Source: a virus
Strand: one strand, 5' to 3'
Virus genome (UHGV): UHGV-1367746
DNA length: 39,184 bases
Both the position numbers and the translations under genes were made by a program. The notes below the pieces were generated by a model that was not told the DNA's origin, made no database searches, and saw nothing but the letters and a program-made list of their open reading frames with translations. Positions 17,183 through 24,193 of the stretch are shown here, in pieces; position 1 is the first letter of the stretch, and every line of letters begins with the position of its first letter.

Positions 17183-18357
17183 TTAGTTGTTGGACTCAGC
17201 CAGTTTAGCGGCCCTGTTCGCAGCACGAGTACGCGCAGCTTTCTGTTGAGGAGTTAGAGTCTCCTCTTCAGGTACAGCCGCTACAGTAGCGACGTTAGGT
17301 TGGCTAAAGGCGCTTACATCGCTGGGCTGAAAACCAGTGCGCCCGCCGCTTCAGGACGCAGACCACCGTGACCCATAGCGTACTTACCAACAATCAGGTC
17401 ACCCTGAGCATCGACATCACGGTCACGTTCCAGCGCCAAGTCACGCAGTTTCACAGTACCCACAGCAGAACGGTGAGAGAACAGGCCCACAACGTTGTCA
17501 ATAGCAACTTTAACGTCGCCAGCAGTAGTCGCTGGGAATGCGTGTTTCTGACCGGAAGCGATAGTGATACCATCGGCACCACGGGTCTCACCAGCACCAC
17601 CCTGTACCAGATGCGGAACTTCAACAACAACGAAGCCCATCACGTTACGGATGTTACCAGTCTCTGGGTCAATCAGCGCAGCATAGTTAGCAGCGTTAGG
17701 CATCAGAGCCGCGAGGATTGCAGAGTAGTTGTCCGGTGTGGTGTAGAAGTAACGGTCGCCAGCAGGAACGTAGTTGGAGGTCAGCTTCGCACGAGCAATG
17801 GTCAGTTGACCGATGATTGCTTCGCCCAGTTTAGCCGGGGTGTCGAGGTCAGCTTTCTTACCAACTTGCAGTACGGAAGCAGTTCCAAGACCAGCGATGT
17901 TCTCGTTGGATGCAGCTGGGAGGTTACACAGGGTAGCCATTTCAGCCAGAACCGCACCATCAGCAGCGATAGCCAAAGCTTCACCCAACTGGTTGGAATA
18001 CTCACCAGCCACGTCGTAGTGGTTCATCGCGTCTTCAATGTCGAAAATCATCACATCGGCAGTCAGCAGACCATCAATGGTAATCACCTTCTCAGTATGT
18101 TTGATACCTTTACGCTTATCGGACAGTCGCTCACCCGGAGCCAGATACACACCAGAGGTGCGACCCATGACCGGGAACTGAGCAGACTTACCGTTCTGAA
18201 TGGTACGGACAATATGCTTGTCAGCAGTTACAGAGCGGCGAGTGAATGCGGTCAGGACTTCACCAGCAAATACCTTCAGGAACAACGCCAGAGCGTCGGA
18301 ACTGGATTTGCCTTTACCTTGGTCTGTACCAATTTTCTGACCCGGAACGTTTGCCAT
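17183..18357 (-). CDS. Minor capsid protein 10B produced by -1 ribosomal frameshift near the 3' end of 10A (predicted)
   Basis: Slippery G GUU UUC at 17329-17335 as in T7 gene 10; the -1 frame stays open for 48 codons to TAA at 17183-17185 just before the terminator. Confidence 0.55.
17314..18357 (-). CDS. Major capsid protein 10A
   Basis: 347 aa; very high similarity to T7 gp10A (LALFLKVF.GEVLTAF, KSAQFPV.GRT, KHTEKVITIDGLLTADV, DIEDAMNHYDV, YSAILAALMPNAANYAALIDPE.G.IRNVMGF.VVEVPHL, HRSAVGTVKLRDLALER, KYAMGHGGLRPEAAGA). Confidence 0.95.
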   Translation of the reverse strand: MANVPGQKIGTDQGKGKSSSDALALFLKVFAGEVLTAFTRRSVTADKHIVRTIQNGKSAQFPVMGRTSGVYLAPGERLSDKRKGIKHTEKVITIDGLLTADVMIFDIEDAMNHYDVAGEYSNQLGEALAIAADGAVLAEMATLCNLPAASNENIAGLGTASVLQVGKKADLDTPAKLGEAIIGQLTIARAKLTSNYVPAGDRYFYTTPDNYSAILAALMPNAANYAALIDPETGNIRNVMGFVVVEVPHLVQGGAGETRGADGITIASGQKHAFPATTAGDVKVAIDNVVGLFSHRSAVGTVKLRDLALERDRDVDAQGDLIVGKYAMGHGGLRPEAAGALVFSPAM

Positions 18358-18459
18358 ATGATAATTCTCCTATTCAATTGAAAGATAAAGTTTATTACTT
18401 ACTGTATGCCCAATCCGTATGGACTGAAGTAATAGGGGAACCTTGAGTCTATCTCTTGG

Positions 18460-18482
18460 TCTCCCTATAGTGATAGTTTAGT
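18460..18482 (-). promoter_or_regulatory. Phage RNAP promoter (phi10-like, capsid gene), +1 at 18465
   Basis: Minus-strand ACTAAACTATCACTATAGGGAGACCA; -7 to +8 identical to T7 phi10 (CACTATAGGGAGACCA); 5' leader can form a stem. Confidence 0.85.
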
Positions 18483-18483
18483 C

Positions 18484-19368
18484 CTACAGGCTTGAGGCAG
18501 CTACCTTAGCGCGAACTTCCATCGTGTACTTAGCGTCACGCAGGTATCGCGGGTCACTCATAGCCTTAATCATGTCAGACTTGGAGCTGAATGCTTCGGT
18601 CTGAGGAGCCTTAGGTGCGACCACAGGTTTAGCCTGAGTGGTGATGGTACGCTGAGGTTTAACACCCACAGCTTTACCCAGAGTCTTGCAAGCCAGATTC
18701 AGCAGAGCCTTGGTAGTCGCAATGTCCTTACGAACGATAGCAGCTTCCAGTGCTTCACGAGTTGATGGGTCGTTGGACTCAAGGTGTGACAGGATGCGAT
18801 TAAACTGTTCAGCACCACCAGCGTAGCGAACCACACCAGCAGCATACTGTTCAGCCAGAGCTTCCTGACCACGGACAAACGAATCTACGAAACGCTTGGT
18901 GTAACCTGCTTCCTGCAACTTAGCGTAGGATGCATCAGACAGCTTACCGTCCTTGGCGTATTCAGCCTTGATAGCGGTAATTTCATCAGCAGTGACCTTG
19001 CCAGCTTCTACAGCAGAAGACACCATGTCGTCGAATGCAGCTTCGTTTTCATCCAGAGCGGTGACACTTTCGGTCAGCTCTTTTGGTGCATCACCCAGTT
19101 CGATGAACTCAGGCTGCTCACCATCGGTCTCAGACTCTTCGTCATCGGACTCGTGGTCTTCTTCACCTTCAGTCTCTTCGACGTTCTCGTCTTCTTCGGT
19201 CGCCTCTTCGTTTTCGGCTTCCAGTTGCTTGAAGGTAATAGCGTCGTCGCCATCACGAACAGCTACGTCCTGTTCAAGCATAGACTTCTGGTGTTCGTTC
19301 AGGTCCTCAACGGAACCAGTGATTGCATTAGAGCTAACGCCGAACTCGGCATAAACTGATTGAGACAT
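18484..19368 (-). CDS. Capsid assembly scaffolding protein (gp9-like)
   Basis: 294 aa, acidic; similarity to T7 gp9 (VYA.FGV.S, ARDGDDAI, EIGYTKAF.DS..RGQEAL.EQY, IKAMSDPRY); synteny. Confidence 0.9.
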   Translation of the reverse strand: MSQSVYAEFGVSSNAITGSVEDLNEHQKSMLEQDVAVRDGDDAITFKQLEAENEEATEEDENVEETEGEEDHESDDEESETDGEQPEFIELGDAPKELTESVTALDENEAAFDDMVSSAVEAGKVTADEITAIKAEYAKDGKLSDASYAKLQEAGYTKRFVDSFVRGQEALAEQYAAGVVRYAGGAEQFNRILSHLESNDPSTREALEAAIVRKDIATTKALLNLACKTLGKAVGVKPQRTITTQAKPVVAPKAPQTEAFSSKSDMIKAMSDPRYLRDAKYTMEVRAKVAASSL

Positions 19369-19465
19369 TGAGTCATTCTCCTTTAAGTCGTTAATAGGTA
19401 AACACCTACTTGTAGTGTGGGACTAACGGCTACCATATGGTCGGCTTAGTCACTCTTACTTTCGG

Positions 19466-19488
19466 TGTTCCTATAGTGATAGTTTAGG
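19466..19488 (-). promoter_or_regulatory. Phage RNAP promoter (phi9-like), +1 at 19471
   Basis: Minus-strand CCTAAACTATCACTATAGGAACA upstream of scaffold gene. Confidence 0.75.
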
Positions 19489-21052
19489 CTTGAGCCATGT
19501 CCTCACCAGCTCCCTGACCTACAGCAGCACCCATGTTGGCACCAGCAGCAGACGCACCGTTGACCACAGCTCCTTGAGCGGATTGTTCAGCAATACGTTG
19601 CATCTTCTCGTCCTGAGTCAGCAGAAGACCAGCGGTGTCGATACCCAGAGCGTTCAGAAGTCGCAGCTTAAGGGTCGGCAAGTTGATGTCTGGGTCCTGA
19701 GAGAGCTGCTGAAGACCAGTCATCATGTTGACTGCCTGAGTCAGCTTCTCCAAGTCCTGACCACGACCTAACGCTTCAAGACCTGTGGATACCGTAGGCT
19801 CTACCGCTTCTTTCGGAAGGTCAGGAATCATGCCAGCAGACTGAAGCTGGTTCATCAGCACACGGACGATAGGTAACTGAAGCTCTTGGGATTGTACTGA
19901 GTACACGCCACCTAAGGTCGCCTCCAGTTCTCCAGCAACATAACGAATCTCTTCAGCAGTCACTCGCTCAGCATTACGCTGAACAGCACTATTAAGAAGG
20001 AAGGCCCAGCCTAAACGTTGCTCGATAGCGTCAGCTACCGACTTGGCAATCGTAAAGTCCTGACCTTTCGTCAGTTGCAGGAAGTTGATGTCCTCAACGC
20101 GACCGGCCACGAACTCACCTGTAGCCGCCTTGTTCAGACGACGAGGTTGCGTGATACCGTTCGGGTTAACGAGGCCCACCACCTTGGAGGCTACCTTAGC
20201 CATTTTGGTGATAGCTTCTGTAATCGTCTCCAGCGAGTTCAGGTCCCCAAGATACTCCTCGCAATAAGAACGACCATAGTCTTCACCGTCCAGTCGAACC
20301 ATTCGAACCGGGATGTACGGACAGGCAGTCAGTGGGTAAGAACCATCGGTCCCTGCTACCTCAATGCCTTCCACTTCCTCGTAGCGCAGATACTCGTCGT
20401 CCTGACGGTAGATGTGCGTATACACTTCCAGCTCGGTGTCAGGCTCATAGTCGTCTGCGTTGAGTTGGGACTTAACGTCTTCCGGTAGAGCACTAAACGC
20501 TACCTTGTCGAGAGTCACAATCTGCAAGATATTACCGAAAGCATCACGTTGAACAACGTAGGACACTAAGCGGTACATTCGCATAGGACTGTAAGTACCC
20601 TGTTCAGGCTCTGGAATGTAGAGCAGACAGTTACCGGAGACGATAAGCTGCTTCAGAGCTTCGAACAATGGCACACGGAAACTGTTAGTCTCCATGTAGG
20701 CCATCAACACACGCTCGACCATAGCAAGCCCTTCGTCAACACGCGCAGCAGCCTCTGAGTCCTGACTCAAGGTCTTGGCCTCATATTCGGAGACTGTCAG
20801 TCGCATCCACGGTGACTGAGGGAATAACGCCAACATCAGCTTTGCAGCCAAGTTGTTCAAACAGCGAGCACCTACAGCTTGCCACGGAGTTGTGTACTCA
20901 GTAGACGAGTTGTCGGACTCCTTAGGAAACAGTGACGGGATAGTGACAGCAGCACAGTTCTGAGCGCGTGTCTCATATGGCTGTCTACCGTTCTTCAGTC
21001 GGTCATAGACCGCTTTGGCTCCTTCAGCAGCGAACCCTTCACGTTCAGCCAT
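19484..21052 (-). CDS. Portal (head-tail connector) protein (gp8-like)
   Basis: 522 aa; strong similarity to T7 gp8 (YETRAQNCA, TIPSLFPK.SDN.ST.Y.TPWQAVGAR.LNNLA.KLMLALFP, YRL.SYVVQRDAFGN.LQ, RLDGE.YGRSY.EEYLGDL). Confidence 0.95.
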   Translation of the reverse strand: MAEREGFAAEGAKAVYDRLKNGRQPYETRAQNCAAVTIPSLFPKESDNSSTEYTTPWQAVGARCLNNLAAKLMLALFPQSPWMRLTVSEYEAKTLSQDSEAAARVDEGLAMVERVLMAYMETNSFRVPLFEALKQLIVSGNCLLYIPEPEQGTYSPMRMYRLVSYVVQRDAFGNILQIVTLDKVAFSALPEDVKSQLNADDYEPDTELEVYTHIYRQDDEYLRYEEVEGIEVAGTDGSYPLTACPYIPVRMVRLDGEDYGRSYCEEYLGDLNSLETITEAITKMAKVASKVVGLVNPNGITQPRRLNKAATGEFVAGRVEDINFLQLTKGQDFTIAKSVADAIEQRLGWAFLLNSAVQRNAERVTAEEIRYVAGELEATLGGVYSVQSQELQLPIVRVLMNQLQSAGMIPDLPKEAVEPTVSTGLEALGRGQDLEKLTQAVNMMTGLQQLSQDPDINLPTLKLRLLNALGIDTAGLLLTQDEKMQRIAEQSAQGAVVNGASAAGANMGAAVGQGAGEDMAQA

Positions 21053-21063
21053 TCGTCACCTCC

Positions 21064-21312
21064 TTAAATAGAAATACCGCCACCAGAGGTACGAGAGACC
21101 TGAAGGCTACGCTTACCGGAACGCTTCACTTTCTTCTCGTCAGATGCGGCTGTGTCAGTATCCACATCCTCCACTTTGTCGTTCGGTACTTCCACTGGTG
21201 CTGCTGGGGTCTGAGCCTCAACAACCTTAGGCGCGTCATCAGAGCCAAGACCAACGGTCCCTAACGCACCTTTTACTACTTTCTTGAAAGCCTTACTGAT
21301 TGATTTACCCAC
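21064..21312 (-). CDS. Tail assembly / virion protein gp7.3-like
   Basis: 82 aa; lysine-rich N-terminus and C-terminal SGGGISI matching T7 gp7.3 terminus SGGGINI; synteny. Confidence 0.75.
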   Translation of the reverse strand: MGKSISKAFKKVVKGALGTVGLGSDDAPKVVEAQTPAAPVEVPNDKVEDVDTDTAASDEKKVKRSGKRSLQVSRTSGGGISI

Positions 21313-21709
21313 GATTAATCTCCTTAGTTGTTACGATGTCTACCGACCCAGAAACATGCTTGACACGAGAATACCAGCCAAGACCCCAACGCTTGCACTC
21401 TTCGTCTATGATGTGCCTGACAGTCTCAAGAACCTTGCGGGAGGACTGCGAGTCACGACGAATAGCGACGATTGAAAGGTCAAGACCGGGAGTCGGTCGG
21501 TGCCAAGATGCGGTAGCCAGCATGTAGAGATACGCTACTGGTTGACCTGAGACATCGTAGATTGTGTATTCTTCACCGTCGAACTCGTCAGCCATACGGT
21601 AAGTATGAGCCTTGAAGTCCTCGAATGACTTGAAGTTAGACTGCCCGTCTTCCCAGAGGCGACAAGCGCACATGTGGCGACCTTCGCGTGAGTTGAGATA
21701 TGGTAGCAT
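21305..21709 (-). CDS. Virion protein gp7-like (by position)
   Basis: 134 aa ORF at gene 7 position, size similar to T7 gp7; synteny only. Confidence 0.55.
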   Translation of the reverse strand: MLPYLNSREGRHMCACRLWEDGQSNFKSFEDFKAHTYRMADEFDGEEYTIYDVSGQPVAYLYMLATASWHRPTPGLDLSIVAIRRDSQSSRKVLETVRHIIDEECKRWGLGWYSRVKHVSGSVDIVTTKEINRG

Positions 21710-21713
21710 TGTC

Positions 21714-21938
21714 TTACCCCATGTTGACGCCAGAGGCTCGCATAGCGCGGCTAACTGACGATTTATCTTTAGGTGCAGACTCCTTCTTGACCTTCAGGTC
21801 TTTGATACCTTTGGTCTCGTTGGTGTCCACATCAGATTCAGCCCCGATGTCAACTGACGCAACTTCCTCACTCAGAGGTGCTGGTTCAGGTGCTTGGACC
21901 GAAGGCTTCGGAGTGCTAATCTTTGGACTGAAACACAT
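21714..21938 (-). CDS. Virion protein gp6.7-like
   Basis: 74 aa; N-terminus MCFSPKI.TPK and EPAPL match T7 gp6.7. Confidence 0.8.
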   Translation of the reverse strand: MCFSPKISTPKPSVQAPEPAPLSEEVASVDIGAESDVDTNETKGIKDLKVKKESAPKDKSSVSRAMRASGVNMG

Positions 21939-21952
21939 AGTCCCTCCTACAG

Positions 21953-22225
21953 TTAATCGAACTGAACGGTATCTTTCAGCTCACGACGCATAGCAATCGC
22001 AGAGTCGAGAGTGTCAGAGCAATACTGGAGACCCTTGATGAACCCTGCAATGAACGCATCGCTGTAGCCCTGCTGCTTGAGGAGACTGATAGCTCCCATC
22101 TTCTCAGCGTAGCTTGCGTTGAACAATACGTGCAGGAACTGGATGGCAGATTGGGAGATGTTCGGGACATCAAGTCTTTCTTCTTGTAACTGCTTAACAA
22201 CGTTTTCAATAGCATTAATCGCCAT
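21953..22225 (-). CDS. Hypothetical protein (gene 6.5 position)
   Basis: 90 aa ORF downstream of a phage promoter with AGAGGAG RBS; synteny only. Confidence 0.5.
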   Translation of the reverse strand: MAINAIENVVKQLQEERLDVPNISQSAIQFLHVLFNASYAEKMGAISLLKQQGYSDAFIAGFIKGLQYCSDTLDSAIAMRRELKDTVQFD

Positions 22226-22286
22226 CTTGAATCTCCTCTTTAAGTTAAGACTAAAGTCTATCTTATAGTCATATCTTAGGTCCTAA

Positions 22287-22309
22287 AGTCCCTATAGTGA
22301 TAGTTTAGT
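22287..22309 (-). promoter_or_regulatory. Phage RNAP promoter (phi6.5-like), +1 at 22292
   Basis: Minus-strand CTAAACTATCACTATAGGGACTT. Confidence 0.75.
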
Positions 22310-22361
22310 GTTTCACCTATGGATGACTGTTGGATTGATAGGATATGACTATCGGCTAGAC

Positions 22362-22454
22362 TCAGTGTTTAGGACGGTTGTTCGACCCGAACCACTTGTA
22401 CATGCAGTAAAGGGCCAGAAGTCCGACCCAGTAAATTACATGGATGGTGTCCAT
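22362..22454 (-). CDS. Small membrane peptide (about 30 aa; gene 6.3-like position)
   Basis: ATG at 22454 preceded by AAGGAGG at 7-nt spacing; hydrophobic peptide MDTIHVIYWVGLLALYCMYKWF...; not in ORF track (below 60 aa). Confidence 0.35.
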   Translation of the reverse strand: MDTIHVIYWVGLLALYCMYKWFGSNNRPKH

Positions 22455-23356
22455 AGGATGACCTCCTTGGACTTAGGGTCATAGTCGGAGGCTCGACAAA
22501 TACGAGCGACCTGAGCTTGGACCAGAAGTTCCTCCTCGGTCATGCCAGCCTTAGCAGCCAGTGTAACCATGCAGTCCCACAACGTCATGTCCTCTCGCTT
22601 AGGATACTTCTTCCACTCAGTCTTAATCTGGCCTTTGTTCTTGCCAGTCTTAAGCTCACGGCTCTCCTGCACGAAGTAGTACGGCTCGTCAAGGAACGCA
22701 CGAGTTGTGTCCTCGCCCATCCCCGGAATCCCACCGTAGCCATCTGTAGTGTCACCCTTGATGGTCTGCTCCATGTGCCAGTAGTCTGCCTCGGCAGTCG
22801 TATGACTTAGGATTTCACCAGTGGTTAACCAGAAGAACTCACAGTTCGGGATGGTCTTGAAGTCCTTATCACAGGACACCAGAACCGCATGGTCACATCC
22901 GACAATCTGAGGTCGGGTCCCGATGATACCCATACAGTCATCGCCCTCAAGCGTAGGACGTAGGAAGCTGTTGAACCGTGGGTCAGCCATCACTTCGGCT
23001 ACGAACTTCTTGTAACCTACAGGCTTGCGAGAACCTTTACGGTTGGCCTTATAGGTAGGCAGAACGTCCTTACGCCAGTTGTTATCGTCAGTAAAGCACA
23101 TCACAATCTTAGCGTCTTTCCACGCCTTGCGCTTCTTAACGATTTCAGCGATGGTGTTCTCAAGGATACGACGAGCCTTCTCATGGTCGCAGATAAGGGT
23201 CCAGATGTCATCACCCCAGTCTGTCTCGTCCTCGGCAGCAGCCATAGAAGAGAACACTAAGTAGTCACCGTCCAGCACCAGAGCTATTTTCTTTTCGCTC
23301 ACAGGCAGCCTCCGTGTTGGTTCAGGAACTTGGTGCCAGAAGCTGTAATCTCCCAC
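22436..23356 (-). CDS. 5'-3' exonuclease (gp6-like)
   Basis: 306 aa; similarity to T7 gp6 (DGD.LVF..M.AAE, CDH.KAR.ILE, NWRK...P.YKANRK...KPVGY, LEGDD.MG.I, SCDKDFKTIPNC.F.W.TTG, TIKGD.TDGY.GI.G, GKNKGQ, TLWDC, AKAGMTEE); start at 23356 overlaps gp5.7-like gene by 57 nt. Confidence 0.9.
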   Translation of the reverse strand: MGDYSFWHQVPEPTRRLPVSEKKIALVLDGDYLVFSSMAAAEDETDWGDDIWTLICDHEKARRILENTIAEIVKKRKAWKDAKIVMCFTDDNNWRKDVLPTYKANRKGSRKPVGYKKFVAEVMADPRFNSFLRPTLEGDDCMGIIGTRPQIVGCDHAVLVSCDKDFKTIPNCEFFWLTTGEILSHTTAEADYWHMEQTIKGDTTDGYGGIPGMGEDTTRAFLDEPYYFVQESRELKTGKNKGQIKTEWKKYPKREDMTLWDCMVTLAAKAGMTEEELLVQAQVARICRASDYDPKSKEVILWTPSM

Positions 23357-23508
23357 GCACCGTTGTTACGCCCATCCATAGACAGGCAGCTTAGATGTCC
23401 ACGACTCGCAGCCTCAGCCACAAGCGCAGCGTTGTTGCGCACATAGTTGGACTGAAAGGTCTTCGGGCAGGACTTAAGGGCCGCAAGGACCCGAAGGTAT
23501 TCACTCAT
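23299..23508 (-). CDS. gp5.7-like protein
   Basis: 69 aa; near-identity to remembered T7 gp5.7 (MSEYL.VL.A.KSCPKTFQSNYVRNNA.LVAEAASRGH.SCL, GAWEITASGT.FL). Confidence 0.85.
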   Translation of the reverse strand: MSEYLRVLAALKSCPKTFQSNYVRNNAALVAEAASRGHLSCLSMDGRNNGAWEITASGTKFLNQHGGCL

Positions 23509-23789
23509 TGCTTGACCTCGAATCGCAGGTTGGACACACCGAACTGGCCCTCACCAAAGGAGTCTACCAGCTCTTCCTTGATGTTCTTCTTGGCGACAAT
23601 TTCAAGGGCAGACTCAGGGCCTGACTCGATTGCTGCTTTGACCAGAGCCAACTGAAGCCCATCCAACTTCTCACCATCAGCGTAGGCTTTAGTCATCTCA
23701 GCCAGTTGGCGACACACGGTCTCTTCTTCCTTTGAGTTAATAACCATCTTCAGGTCGAAACTTACACGAATACGTTTAGTAATAGCCAT
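23505..23789 (-). CDS. gp5.5-like protein (T7 gp5.5 binds host H-NS)
   Basis: 94 aa; N-terminus MAITKRIRVSFD resembles T7 gp5.5 MAMTKKFKVSFD; synteny. Confidence 0.7.
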   Translation of the reverse strand: MAITKRIRVSFDLKMVINSKEEETVCRQLAEMTKAYADGEKLDGLQLALVKAAIESGPESALEIVAKKNIKEELVDSFGEGQFGVSNLRFEVKQ

Positions 23790-23794
23790 TAGTG

Positions 23795-24193
23795 TTACTC
23801 CTGTTTAAATTGTCCGTACTTCTTGTCAGACGTTAAGTTTATACACATAGAGGTCTTGACTCTAACCTCTTCAGTGAACGGTATAAGCCAGAGGAAATCC
23901 TGATAAACAACCGCTAGTAGGTCGATGTCTCCAGGACTGTAAGTCGGCTTACCACATCCTCCCAGCCTTACCTGTATGCTATTACAGTTCTTCAGCTTCG
24001 TTCCGGTCTTGACCTGAACCCTCGTAAGGGTCCCGTCTATATCGACCACCAAGTCTGCCTTTGACTGCGTGAATGCTGGGAGGAACACTTGATGCCCATT
24101 GGCTGTCAGCCTAAAGCTTGCATATAGCTCACTAGCAGCACCAGTGAAGTGCTGGGACTTTCCGTCAATGGCATTCTTTCCACGTTGGTCCAA
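23795..24193 (-). CDS. Hypothetical protein, possible PD-(D/E)xK-type nuclease (gene 5.3 position); predicted TTG start
   Basis: ORF continues from DNAP 3' overlap; GGAGGG RBS 5 nt upstream of TTG at 24193; motif D-x-D...VQVK suggestive of a restriction-endonuclease-like fold (weak inference); ORF-track ATG start at 24307 would overlap DNAP by 143 nt. Confidence 0.45.
   Translation of the reverse strand: MDQRGKNAIDGKSQHFTGAASELYASFRLTANGHQVFLPAFTQSKADLVVDIDGTLTRVQVKTGTKLKNCNSIQVRLGGCGKPTYSPGDIDLLAVVYQDFLWLIPFTEEVRVKTSMCINLTSDKKYGQFKQE

Noticed and set aside
17368-18381. 337-aa plus-strand ORF
   Set aside because: Lies antisense to the major capsid gene, whose protein is unmistakably T7 gp10-like; like all plus-strand ORFs in the track it overlaps a well-supported minus-strand gene and has no homology or RBS support.
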